DNA of 64,000 bases, taken from the NCBI GenBank assembly GCA_002753335.1, contig PEAD01000004.1, positions 62,001 to 126,000 on the forward strand, written 5' to 3'. Position numbers and translations under genes: made by a program. The notes below the pieces were generated by a model that saw only the letters and a list, made by a program, of their open reading frames with translations, was not told where the DNA came from and did no database searches. How positions within the stretch are numbered: position 1 is the first letter of the stretch; each line of letters starts with the position of its first letter. Source of the stretch: Nitrospirae bacterium MYbin3. GTDB taxonomy: Bacteria; Nitrospirota; Thermodesulfovibrionia; Thermodesulfovibrionales; Dissulfurispiraceae. Shown here in pieces: positions 10,293-19,720 of the stretch.

Positions 10293-10387
10293 AGATATTC
10301 ACCTATGGTTTTATAAAATTTACAACTGATTATTATAAAATACGAATATATGAATTTGACAGAGCAAGAAGAGGGGAACCTCGCAGC

Positions 10388-11353
10388 ATGAAAGAATGTC
10401 GAGTTTGCGGCAACATCCGGAACAACCAAACTCATATCGCTTGTGAGATGATGTTTGGTTCTAGAGATGAATTTAATTATATAGAATGCGCTGTTTGCGG
10501 CTGCCTGCAGCTTGATAATATCCCGAGTGATATTTCAGGGTATTATCCGTCGGACTATTATTCTTTGCAGCCGGCTTTTGAAAAGAAGTCCAATAAGCTG
10601 GCCGGATATTTTAAACGCAGATACGCCGCGCATATTCTCGGCGACGAGAATCTTATAGGAAAAATTTATCTAAAGGCACATGGTATAGAAAGGCATTTTG
10701 AATGGCTTAGTCGTGCTGGCGCAGGATTAAATAGCGGTATTCTTGAGGTTGGGTGCGGCGCCGGGAAAATGCTTTTGAAGCTTTCGGTATTTGGTTTTAA
10801 GAATCTTACAGGCATAGACCCTTTTATCGTTTCGGATATATATTATCGCAACGGTGTGAAGGTATTGAAGCGGACATTGAGTGAAGCTGACGGTCTTTTT
10901 TCTTTTGTGATGCTGCATCATGCTTTTGAACATATCCTCGACCCGCTTGACGCATTAAAACAGCTAAACAGGCTTATGCTGCCGGACGGTGTTGCGCTTA
11001 TCCGTATTCCTGTTGCTGATTCTTACTCTTGGGAACATTATGGCATCGACTGGGTTCAGCTTGATGCGCCGCGCCACACGTTTATCCATACGCGCAAAAG
11101 CATGGAAATCCTTGCGGATAAGGCCGGATTTAAGATCATGGATGTTCTCTGCGACTCAACCGCATTTCAATTTTATGGAAGCGAGCAGTACATAAACAAC
11201 ATACCTTTGCGGGATCCTCGCTCGTACTCCGTAAGCGCCGAAAATTCTATATTTACGAAAGAGCAGATTAAACGGTTCGAAGAGAAGGCAAAAAAACTGA
11301 ACTCCGAAGACCGGGGCGATCAGGCCTGCTTTTATTTAAGGAAGGTTACATAG
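10388..11353 (+). CDS. Class I SAM-dependent methyltransferase with N-terminal CxxC...CxxC knuckle
   Basis: MKECRVC...CAVCG, LEVGCGAG, HHAFEH, DAPRH; start re-called at ATG 10388. Confidence 0.85.
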   Translation: MKECRVCGNIRNNQTHIACEMMFGSRDEFNYIECAVCGCLQLDNIPSDISGYYPSDYYSLQPAFEKKSNKLAGYFKRRYAAHILGDENLIGKIYLKAHGIERHFEWLSRAGAGLNSGILEVGCGAGKMLLKLSVFGFKNLTGIDPFIVSDIYYRNGVKVLKRTLSEADGLFSFVMLHHAFEHILDPLDALKQLNRLMLPDGVALIRIPVADSYSWEHYGIDWVQLDAPRHTFIHTRKSMEILADKAGFKIMDVLCDSTAFQFYGSEQYINNIPLRDPRSYSVSAENSIFTKEQIKRFEEKAKKLNSEDRGDQACFYLRKVT

Positions 11354-12394
11354 GTTTGAATAAGACGTGATAATATTTTCGACAACATTATCGTAAGTGT
11401 GATGTGTTACTACCTGATTGTAAGCATTTAGTGCGATTTCTTTTCTTTCGGCCTCATTCGAAAGATAATATGAGAGTTTGTTCCTGAAATCTTCTAAGTC
11501 TTTATAAACTCCGATATGTGTATTTTGGGGCAGTATTTTTTCGATATCTCCTGATTCGTCCGAAAGCAGAAAGGCTCCGCAGGCTGGAGCTTCAAACACC
11601 CTAAGCGTCATGCCTCCACGCGTTGAGCCATCTCCCCAGTTGGTGCTGTTTAAAACAATTTTGCTCCGGTTGTACAGCTTTACCAGCTCTTCACTTTCGA
11701 TGAAATCGGCCTTTATCGAATTGAGCATTTTAGGATTGCCAGAGTTGTTTTTGCGCCAGCGCGGGCCGTAGATCGCTACTTTTTCGGTGAGCGAGACTGC
11801 CTGCTCAATAATCCTCTGCCGTTTATCGCTCCAACCACCCACAAAGCAGCAGTCATAAACAGGCTTGATATCATCAATCGGCCGGAACAGCGATGAGTCA
11901 ACAGCCTGATACATAAGGCTTGTATTTTTATGTCCATGCGCTATTGCGGTGTCAACACTGTTGGAGCTTATCGCGAAAAAATGGTCGTAAAAGGCAATCT
12001 CGTCGAGAACCGAGTCGAACTTGTCCTCTTTTTCTATCCACCAGCCCATCACCTTTGTTTTGCGTCTTATGTTCTTAATAGATTGCTCTGTAATCCTCCA
12101 TCCTCGAATGAGTAAAAACAGGTCGGGTTTAAAAGAATCCACAAGATTTTCTATTAGCTCACTTCTGTAACGGAGATGGGAAAGAGGATGATTATCAAAC
12201 GCGCTCTTGCCCTTGGCCAAAAGTTTAAGGTTCCACAACTGCTTGTCCACATTATGGATTATGAATCTGTCGAACCAGTGGTTCGTCTCCATAACAAAAG
12301 TTTTCACCTCAATTCCTCTTTTCTCGAACGCTATTTTCAGGTAGTCCATGAGCGGCGGGAATTGGTGATATGCGATGAGGACTCGCTTAAGCAT
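11336..12394 (-). CDS. Glycosyltransferase, CgeB/Glyco_trans_1_2 type
   Basis: LYNRSKIVLN, MTLRVFEAPACGAF and HTY motifs. Confidence 0.8.
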   Translation of the reverse strand: MLKRVLIAYHQFPPLMDYLKIAFEKRGIEVKTFVMETNHWFDRFIIHNVDKQLWNLKLLAKGKSAFDNHPLSHLRYRSELIENLVDSFKPDLFLLIRGWRITEQSIKNIRRKTKVMGWWIEKEDKFDSVLDEIAFYDHFFAISSNSVDTAIAHGHKNTSLMYQAVDSSLFRPIDDIKPVYDCCFVGGWSDKRQRIIEQAVSLTEKVAIYGPRWRKNNSGNPKMLNSIKADFIESEELVKLYNRSKIVLNSTNWGDGSTRGGMTLRVFEAPACGAFLLSDESGDIEKILPQNTHIGVYKDLEDFRNKLSYYLSNEAERKEIALNAYNQVVTHHTYDNVVENIITSYSNLCNLP

Positions 12395-12487
12395 TGCATA
12401 TTATAACAGCACAGTTTCTATCCTTGCCTGCAAACCTTTATCTATGCTATTTTACAGGCACTCAGAACAAGGGAAGGCTCACCAGCT

Positions 12488-13036
12488 ATGGTAAAAAACG
12501 ATAAATGGATTAGGGAGATGGCGGCCAAAGGCATGATAGAGCCTTTCGGCAATACTCAGAAGCGAGAAGGAGTCATATCTTTCGGAACAAGCTCTTACGG
12601 CTATGATATGCGCATCTGCGATGAGTTCAAGATGTTCACCAGCACCAACTCAACCGTGGTTGACCCCAAGAATTTCGATTTCAAAAGTTTTGTTGATTTT
12701 AAGGGCAGCGTTTGCGTAATCCCTCCTCACTCTTTTGTGCTTGCGCGGTCGCTCGAATATTTCAGGATTCCAAGGGATGTGGTGGTAATCTGTTTTGGCA
12801 AGTCAACTTATGCCCGCTGCGGCATCGTTGTAAATGTTACTCCGCTTGAGCCTGAATGGGAGGGCTATGTAACGATTTCGATTTCGAATACCGGCCCGCT
12901 GCCGGCAAAGATTTATGCTGACGAGGGCATTGCGCAGCTTCTTTTTATTCAGGCCGCAGAATTATGCGAAACCTCCTACAAGGATAAGGCAGGCAAATAT
13001 CAGGCTCAGAAGGAAATAACTTTACCGAGGATGTGA
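12488..13036 (+). CDS. dcd: dCTP deaminase
   Basis: [29 protein letters not shown]. Confidence 0.96.
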   Translation: MVKNDKWIREMAAKGMIEPFGNTQKREGVISFGTSSYGYDMRICDEFKMFTSTNSTVVDPKNFDFKSFVDFKGSVCVIPPHSFVLARSLEYFRIPRDVVVICFGKSTYARCGIVVNVTPLEPEWEGYVTISISNTGPLPAKIYADEGIAQLLFIQAAELCETSYKDKAGKYQAQKEITLPRM

Positions 13037-13037
13037 T

Positions 13038-13757
13038 ATGGCTTGGAAAGACAAACTCATAATCGCTCTTGACGTTTCGGACGCTGACAAGGCGCTTGGC
13101 ATTGTTGATATGCTTTCGGAAAGCTGCGATATCTTCAAGGTTGGGTTTGAGCTTTTCGTAACTACAGGGCCGTCAATAGTTGATAAAATTCATGCAAAAG
13201 GCAAAAGAGTATTTCTAGACCTTAAGTTCCATGACATTCCGAATACCGTCTCTAAAGCGGCTGTTGCGGCTGCTCGGCTCGGAGTTTATATGTTCAATAT
13301 GCACACCTCTGGCGGACTTGATATGATGAAGCGCTGCAGGTACGATGTGGCCGGTTTTTGCGAAAAGAACGGAGTACAAAAACCGAAGATGATAGGTGTT
13401 ACGGTGCTTACAAGTCTTGAAAGCGAGATGCTTAAAAATGAGCTTTGCATTCAGCACACTGTTAAAAATCAGGTAAAGCATCTTGCGCTGCTGGCACAAA
13501 AAGCAGGACTTGACGGGGTTGTTGCATCACCTCAGGAGGTTGCTCTCATAAAGAAAAGCTGCGGCGATAATTTTCTTGTTGTCACCCCTGGGATAAGGCC
13601 CTCATGGACGCTGCCGGACGACCAGATGCGCACAGCCACACCTCGTGCTGCTTTGCACGATGGTGCAGACTACATTGTTATGGGTCGCGGTATACTGAAG
13701 CAGGAAGATCCTGTTAAGGCGATAGAACTCATAGCACTCGAAATACTCACCGCCTAA
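13038..13757 (+). CDS. pyrF: Orotidine-5'-phosphate decarboxylase
   Basis: IIALD, FLDLKFHDIPNT, VTVLTS, VTPGIR. Confidence 0.97.
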   Translation: MAWKDKLIIALDVSDADKALGIVDMLSESCDIFKVGFELFVTTGPSIVDKIHAKGKRVFLDLKFHDIPNTVSKAAVAAARLGVYMFNMHTSGGLDMMKRCRYDVAGFCEKNGVQKPKMIGVTVLTSLESEMLKNELCIQHTVKNQVKHLALLAQKAGLDGVVASPQEVALIKKSCGDNFLVVTPGIRPSWTLPDDQMRTATPRAALHDGADYIVMGRGILKQEDPVKAIELIALEILTA

Positions 13758-13803
13758 AAGAAGGCATCTTATGGATAATTTTTGTTCGTAAGATTCGTTT
13801 TGA

Positions 13804-15429
13804 ATGCCTAACTCAAAGATTAATATTTCAAAGAAAGATTTTTTGAGTATTGTTTCCAAATGCGGCATTCCACCGCTTTACCGCGAGATTCCATATAGTA
13901 ATTCGGCCGTGCTCTATGAAGCGTTTGCCCCGAACTCGAACAGTCTGCTTTTCGAGAGCCTCAAAGGCGGCATTCCACCGCTTTACCGCGAGATTCCATA
14001 TAGTAATTCGGCCGTGCTCTATGAAGCGTTTGCCCCGAACTCGAACAGTCTGCTTTTCGAGAGCCTCAAAGGCGGCCAGAAGATTGCGGGATATTCTTTT
14101 TTTGCATTTGAACCGTATATCACGTTTTCGGCTAAAAACGGCGAGGTTAGCGTGGCATCTAAATCCGGCAGCTCGGTCTCGTTCAGGCCGCCGCTTGAAC
14201 GCTTGAAAGAACTCATATTTTCTTACCCTCAGCTTCCCAACGCCGAATTGCCGCCGTTTCAGGGGGGGGCGGCAGGGATGTTAAGTTACGACTTTGTTAG
14301 GCATATCGAGAAGATACCTCATAATGCTGTTGACGATCTGGATTTGCCTGATGCCCATTTTATGCTTTTCGACAAGGTGGCTGCTTTTGATCACAAGATC
14401 CAAAAGGCATGGTTTATAATCTGCCCCGGCGCAAGGGAAATGGAACTCGGCTACAGGGACATCGCTCAGATTGACTGGGGTGCCGCCTATGATGAAGCGC
14501 TTGATAATCTCAACAAATGCTGTGCTATTGCGGAACAAGCAAGCCGGACTGTTGAAGTTTCACCTGCAAGGCCTTTGCAACGGGCATGTGAGATTAGACA
14601 TGAAATGGGCAAAGAGCAGTACATGAGAATTGTAAGCAGGGCAAAGGAATATATTTCTGCGGGCGATATTTTTCAGGCCAATCTTTCCCAGCGTATTTCT
14701 GCTGATGTGTCGGGTATAAGACCCTGGGAGATTTATAAAGTGCTTCGCTCCATCAATCCATCTCCTTTTGCGGCTTTTATGAATTTTGGAAATTACCAGA
14801 TTGTCAGCTCTTCACCAGAGCGGCTTGTAAATGTCTGCGAAGGTATAGTCGAGACTAGACCGATAGCAGGCACAAGACCGCGCGGCATAAATACAGGAGA
14901 AGATGAGACGCTGAGGGCAGATCTTTTGCTGAATGAAAAGGAGAGGGCGGAGCATATCATGCTTATAGATCTTGAAAGAAACGACATGGGCAGGGTCTGC
15001 GAGTACGGCAGCGTAAGCGTTGACGAATTGATGATAACTGAGGACTATTCACATGTCATCCATATTGTTTCAAATGTCAAAGGCATTCTGCGAAAAGACA
15101 ACACCTGCTTTGACGTTATAAATGCCAGGTTCCCCGGAGGCACTATAACCGGTGTTCCTAAGGTCAGGTGTATGGAAATAATTGATGAGCTTGAGCCTGT
15201 GGCCCGCGGCCCTTATACCGGCTCGCTCGGCTACATAGGATTTTCTCAAAATATGGATCTGAATATTATTATCAGGACTTTTGTAATCAAAGACGGTACA
15301 GCTTATGTGCAGGCAGGGGCTGGCATTGTTGCTGATTCTGATCCTGAAAGGGAATATTACGAAACTCTCAAGAAGGCCGAAGCTTTGCTTAAGACTCTCG
15401 ATTCGTTTTCAGGTCAAATAAAAGCCTGA
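13804..15429 (+). CDS. pabB: Aminodeoxychorismate/anthranilate synthase component I family, probably PabB
   Basis: SSSPERL, RPIAGTR, ERAEHIMLIDLERND, FPGGTITGVPK (PabB-like rather than TrpE FPAGTxSG), RGPYTG; carries a 35-aa internal duplication. Confidence 0.72.
   Translation: MPNSKINISKKDFLSIVSKCGIPPLYREIPYSNSAVLYEAFAPNSNSLLFESLKGGIPPLYREIPYSNSAVLYEAFAPNSNSLLFESLKGGQKIAGYSFFAFEPYITFSAKNGEVSVASKSGSSVSFRPPLERLKELIFSYPQLPNAELPPFQGGAAGMLSYDFVRHIEKIPHNAVDDLDLPDAHFMLFDKVAAFDHKIQKAWFIICPGAREMELGYRDIAQIDWGAAYDEALDNLNKCCAIAEQASRTVEVSPARPLQRACEIRHEMGKEQYMRIVSRAKEYISAGDIFQANLSQRISADVSGIRPWEIYKVLRSINPSPFAAFMNFGNYQIVSSSPERLVNVCEGIVETRPIAGTRPRGINTGEDETLRADLLLNEKERAEHIMLIDLERNDMGRVCEYGSVSVDELMITEDYSHVIHIVSNVKGILRKDNTCFDVINARFPGGTITGVPKVRCMEIIDELEPVARGPYTGSLGYIGFSQNMDLNIIIRTFVIKDGTAYVQAGAGIVADSDPEREYYETLKKAEALLKTLDSFSGQIKA
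13862..14076 (+). repeat. Exact 105-bp tandem duplication inside pabB
   Basis: 13862-13966 is identical to 13967-14071, with a GCGGC microhomology at the junctions; protein repeats GIPPLYREIPY...FESLKG. Confidence 0.95.
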
Positions 15430-15502
15430 GTTATGATAAACTTTATGGTATGCATCGCAGCCGGACGGCTGTCTGAAATCTGATTTGTTGTAGGAGGTTT
15501 TT

Positions 15503-16597
15503 ATGGCAAGGGGAATGAAGATAGCGATAAATACTGGCGGAGGGGATGCCCCCGGGCTTAACGCTGTTATAGAAGCTGTGGTTATGTCTGCCTACCACCG
15601 GGGATGGGAGGTTTACGGCATCAAGAACGGATACACAGGCCTTCTGAACACAGACGAGATAATTCCGCTTACGCCCGAAAGAGTTAGGGGAATTTCGAGC
15701 ATTGGAGGGACCATAATCGGCACCACCAACAAAGGCAACCCTTTTCAGATGCCGATAACCAACATGGCGGGCGAGACCGAGATACGCGATGTTTCGGACA
15801 AGGTTGTTGAGAATTTTAAAAGACTGAGATTCGATTGTCTCGTGGCTGTAGGAGGGGACGGGAGTCTAAAAATTGCCCACGACCTTTACAGCAAAGGCAT
15901 CCCTGTAATCGGTGTGCCGAAAACCATAGATAATGACCTTAAGGCGACTGTTATCACTTTTGGATTTGATACTGCTGTGAGCATAGCGACAGAGGCTATA
16001 GACAGGCTTCATTCAACCGCAAAATCTCATGAGCGCATAATGGTTGTTGAAGTTATGGGCAGGCACGCAGGTTGGATAGCTCTGAACAGCGGCATTTCGG
16101 GCTCTGCTTCCGTGATATTGATACCCGAAATACCTTTTGACATGGACAAAATCTGCGAGCACATAATGGAGCGCGATATAAAAGGCGAGCGTTACGCGAT
16201 TGTTGTTGCGGCAGAAGGAGCAGCTCCCAAAGGGGGTAGGGCAATTGACAAGGGCTCAGGAGAAGTCGGCAGACAGGATGTTGTTCTGGGCGGTGTTGGA
16301 GAATATGTTGCGAAAGAAATAGCCAAAAAAACCGGCAAGGATACAAGGTCGCTGGTGCTAGGACATCTGCAGCGCGGCGGCTCCCCTACAACTTTCGATA
16401 GGCTGCTCTCGCTTCGCTTCGGCGCTGCTGCCGTAAGATTGATCGAAGAAAAACAGTTTGGGAAAATGGTCGCTCTTGTTCCCCCTGACGTTAAAGGCGT
16501 GCCGCTTGAAGATGCGATTGGCCATATAAAACTGGTCTCTCTTGAAAGTGATACGGTGAGAACTGCTAGGGATATAGGAATAAGCTTTGGCGATTAA
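15503..16597 (+). CDS. pfkA: 6-phosphofructokinase (PfkA family, GGDG + PKTIDND type)
   Basis: TGGGDAPGLN, GGDGS, PKTIDND, EVMGRHAG, LGHLQRGG. Confidence 0.95.
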   Translation: MARGMKIAINTGGGDAPGLNAVIEAVVMSAYHRGWEVYGIKNGYTGLLNTDEIIPLTPERVRGISSIGGTIIGTTNKGNPFQMPITNMAGETEIRDVSDKVVENFKRLRFDCLVAVGGDGSLKIAHDLYSKGIPVIGVPKTIDNDLKATVITFGFDTAVSIATEAIDRLHSTAKSHERIMVVEVMGRHAGWIALNSGISGSASVILIPEIPFDMDKICEHIMERDIKGERYAIVVAAEGAAPKGGRAIDKGSGEVGRQDVVLGGVGEYVAKEIAKKTGKDTRSLVLGHLQRGGSPTTFDRLLSLRFGAAAVRLIEEKQFGKMVALVPPDVKGVPLEDAIGHIKLVSLESDTVRTARDIGISFGD

Positions 16598-16609
16598 AAA
16601 GAGGAAAGA

Positions 16610-17455
16610 CTAAAGGCTGAATTCCATATTCTGAGAGACCGCAAGGCAGGAGAGCGTGGAGCCTTGAGCGGCAGCTATCGAGTTGCAGTCGTCAACCATC
16701 TTATCCATAATCTCATCGGTGTGGTCCTGATTGTGGTGGTATAGTCCGAATGTTTTTACTTTAGCTTCAAGCGCAAGACGAAGAGCGTCCGTATAAAGCG
16801 AATGCCCCCAAGTCTTCATGATTTTGTACTCGTTCTCCAGGTACTCAGAGTCGTGGATTAAGAGATCTGCGCCTTTTGAGAAGTTCATGTAATCGCTGTA
16901 ATCAAGACCACCAGAATGCTTGAAAGCAAGCTCGTTGTCAGTAAGAAATACAAAGGTCTTGCCGTCTTCTTCAAACTTAAATCCAAGACCTCTATTAGGG
17001 TGGCTGAGCGCTATGGGAGTAATTCTCACAGAGTCTATCTGATAGTGCTCTCTGCAAGAATCATCATTTTCAAATGTAAGCTTTGCCTTGACCTCATTAA
17101 AGCTTACAGGGAAATGGGGCGGGCTCATTATATCTCCCAGCAGTTTCTGAAGAGAGCCTTGCGCAATAGGGCATCCGAATATCTGTATGTTTGTTTTTTT
17201 CGAGTAAATCGGCTTGAAGAAAGGGAATCCTATTATATGGTCCCAGTGGGAATGCGTAAATATCATAGTAAAGTTGAAACGGCCCTCTTTTATTAGATTA
17301 TTGCCGAGCCTTCTTATTCCTGAGCCTGCATCAATGATTATTATTTCATCATTCTTTGTTCTTATCTCGATGCAGGGCGTGTCTCCACCGTATTTTACGT
17401 ATTCGCTTCCAGAAACAGGAATCGAGCCCCTAGCCCCCCAACACCTTATAAGCAT
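16610..17455 (-). CDS. MBL-fold metallo-hydrolase
   Basis: WGARGSIP, YGGDTPC, DAGSG, THSHWDH, WGHS. Confidence 0.9.
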   Translation of the reverse strand: MLIRCWGARGSIPVSGSEYVKYGGDTPCIEIRTKNDEIIIIDAGSGIRRLGNNLIKEGRFNFTMIFTHSHWDHIIGFPFFKPIYSKKTNIQIFGCPIAQGSLQKLLGDIMSPPHFPVSFNEVKAKLTFENDDSCREHYQIDSVRITPIALSHPNRGLGFKFEEDGKTFVFLTDNELAFKHSGGLDYSDYMNFSKGADLLIHDSEYLENEYKIMKTWGHSLYTDALRLALEAKVKTFGLYHHNQDHTDEIMDKMVDDCNSIAAAQGSTLSCLAVSQNMEFSL

Positions 17456-17562
17456 TCTTTCTCCATCAAGTTGATAATCTCTGGAATTATAACAGCAACG
17501 TGCCTAAAAAAAAAACCGGATGCGGCAGGCTTTAAACCAGGTTTTAAAGACAGAAAAATGTG

Positions 17563-18642
17563 CTATTTGCCGAACGGGCAGACCGGATACCTGCAGACCT
17601 CACAGTTCAGACATAGCCCTCCATGTCCAAGTTCGGCGAGTTCCATTCTCCCAATATGCTCTCCGGCCAGTATTCTCGGCAGTACAAGGTCAAAAACAGT
17701 TGTTTTGTGGTACATTCCGCAGGCCGGAATGCCCAAGATAGGAATATTCTGTGTGGTCTCATTTTCAGTGTTAAGGTATGCCACCATAAACATAGCTCCC
17801 GGCAGCACTGCGGAGCCATAAGTGATATCAGTCGCACCGAGCTTTCTTATCGCAAACCTTGTAACATCGTCAGGATCCACCGACATTCCACCGGTTGTAA
17901 TAAGCAGGTCTGCACCGGCATCCAAAAGCTCTCTGAGCCTTGTTTCTATATGTTCCTGATCGTCCGGAGCGTAGTATGTGCCGATTATTTCTCCTCCGAA
18001 CTCATCGATTTTCTTGGTTATGACCGGGGCAAAGGCATCCTGAATTTTTCCGTAATACACCTCGTTGCCTGTTATTACAACGCCGGTTTTGGGTTTTCGC
18101 AGGGCTTTTACATTTATGACTCCGCCCGGCACTTTGCATAAATGCTCCGCCTGCTCAACAACCTCTTTTTTAGCTATCAAGGGTATTGCGCGGGTGCCTG
18201 CAACCAACTGTCCTTTTTTTACTACGGTGTTGTCATGTGTGGTTGCGCACATTATGTCTCCGAGCATATTGAAATCCAGCAGGGCGGCTTCGTTGATTTT
18301 TAGCAGCCCATCCCTGTCTGCGATTATGTTTATCTTGCCCTCGCGGGGAGAACCCTGCATGCATACGCCTTCGCCCATCAACGCGTTTGCAAGCCTGTAT
18401 GCGGCTTCATCCTCATGAAGTTCATCCTCAGAAACGCTTAGAACGTAAAGATGCTCCTTTCCAAGCCTCTGCAGTCGGCAGACATCTTCAGCCTGTATGA
18501 TATGCCCTTTTCTGAAGGCGCAGCCTTTGAACTCGCCTGTCCTGATCTCGGTTATGTCATGGGCCAGAACCGTTCCCACCGCATCGCTTACAGGCAGTGT
18601 CTTCATTCCTGAATGATGTTTTTCATTTAGGGTTTCACACAT
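17563..18642 (-). CDS. Molybdopterin-binding protein (MoeA/MoCF_biosynth domain) with C-terminal Cys cluster
   Basis: LAHDIT, ITGNEV, TGGMSVDPDD, GIPAC and C-terminal GGLCLNCEVCRYPVCPFGK. Confidence 0.85.
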   Translation of the reverse strand: MCETLNEKHHSGMKTLPVSDAVGTVLAHDITEIRTGEFKGCAFRKGHIIQAEDVCRLQRLGKEHLYVLSVSEDELHEDEAAYRLANALMGEGVCMQGSPREGKINIIADRDGLLKINEAALLDFNMLGDIMCATTHDNTVVKKGQLVAGTRAIPLIAKKEVVEQAEHLCKVPGGVINVKALRKPKTGVVITGNEVYYGKIQDAFAPVITKKIDEFGGEIIGTYYAPDDQEHIETRLRELLDAGADLLITTGGMSVDPDDVTRFAIRKLGATDITYGSAVLPGAMFMVAYLNTENETTQNIPILGIPACGMYHKTTVFDLVLPRILAGEHIGRMELAELGHGGLCLNCEVCRYPVCPFGK

Positions 18643-18663
18643 AGATACCTCCGGATATATTCA

Positions 18664-19020
18664 TCATTTGCCAGAAAATATTTTCTCGAATCTCTCGTCA
18701 ACCATTTCTCGTATCCTATTTTCGAGCGACTCGTATTTTTTTATGAAATGCCTTGCATCATCGGTAAGCGTTGCGCCTCCTCCGTTTTTGCCGCCTGTCC
18801 TGCAGTCAACAAGCTTTATCCCAAGCCGTTCTTCCATAGCCTTTATATGGCTCCACGCCTTTCTGTAAGAGATATTCACATCTTTGGCCGCCTGATTTAC
18901 CGAGCCGTAGCGGTCTATGGCTTCGAGCAAAAACCTGCGGCCTCTGCCGAATACCGGCTCTCCGTTAACCTCAAGCCAGAGCTTTGATTTGATTTCTATA
19001 TCGTTATGACTTTTCTGCAT
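18664..19020 (-). CDS. modE: ModE-family winged-helix regulator (DNA-binding domain only)
   Basis: FGRGRRFLLEAI...GSVNQAAK...ISYRKAW...GGKNGGGATLT. Confidence 0.88.
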   Translation of the reverse strand: MQKSHNDIEIKSKLWLEVNGEPVFGRGRRFLLEAIDRYGSVNQAAKDVNISYRKAWSHIKAMEERLGIKLVDCRTGGKNGGGATLTDDARHFIKKYESLENRIREMVDERFEKIFSGK

Positions 19021-19024
19021 AGCG
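19002..19024. promoter_or_regulatory. Putative ModE box overlapping the modE start codon
   Basis: Imperfect palindrome CGTTATG-ACTTTTCTG-CATAGCG resembling CGTTAT-N~12-ATAACG ModE operators. Confidence 0.55.
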
Positions 19025-19028
19025 CATT

Positions 19029-19640
19029 TTAATAAAAAAGTTTTTGCTCATTAGAGATAACTTCGTAATAACCTTCCCCGCCGCACTGTTTGCAGACCGT
19101 TTTCCCATTGTGGGTTGTTTCTCTCTTGTCCTGAACATGCTCTCCGCAGATTTCGCAACGGATACGGCTTAAAGGCCGTCCGGGCATATCTTCCGGTTTG
19201 ATATTCACCGTCACTTCCATGCAATCGAAAAGCTCTTTGTCGGACATTATTTTATACGCCTCGGTTTGTGCCGCGTATTTGTTTTCTATCTCAGGAAAAT
19301 ATTTTTTTGCCTCTTCTTTTGAATCTTCTTTTGCGAGAACTCGCACAGCCTTATTTGTTTTTATATTCACAAATGTCGCAGCCATCTTGCCGTAATCCAT
19401 AAACTTCATTGTCCTGTGGCCGAGGCTGCATCCTGTGACAGACTGGACTGCGTCCGTAGCGCATCTGTCCATCTCCACAAAAACGATTATGCTTTTTCTG
19501 TCTTTGCCTTTTGGGTCTTCAACTCCTGCCAATTTAAGGCCGAGCATAGACATCCTGACACCTAGCACCTGTCCGGGGCATAGGTGGCCGTGAATTCTTA
19601 CAGATTCGTCGAGCAGGGCTTGAAAATCCAATGGATTCAT
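19029..19640 (-). CDS. FmdE-family protein with C-terminal Zn finger
   Basis: HGHLCPGQVLG, DRCATDAVQ, GKMAATF, CEICGE...CKQC. Confidence 0.9.
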   Translation of the reverse strand: MNPLDFQALLDESVRIHGHLCPGQVLGVRMSMLGLKLAGVEDPKGKDRKSIIVFVEMDRCATDAVQSVTGCSLGHRTMKFMDYGKMAATFVNIKTNKAVRVLAKEDSKEEAKKYFPEIENKYAAQTEAYKIMSDKELFDCMEVTVNIKPEDMPGRPLSRIRCEICGEHVQDKRETTHNGKTVCKQCGGEGYYEVISNEQKLFY

Positions 19641-19683
19641 TGAAATATTATATCTCCGAAAAATGTAAATTTGTTGTTAAGAA

Positions 19684-19710
19684 GCAGAAGGGGCTTTATG
19701 CCCCTTCTGC
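19684..19710 (-). terminator. Hairpin downstream of the molybdoenzyme gene
   Basis: GCAGAAGGGGC-N5-GCCCCTTCTGC, perfect 11-bp stem just after the stop codon. Confidence 0.65.
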
Positions 19711-19720
19711 CTAAAAAAAC

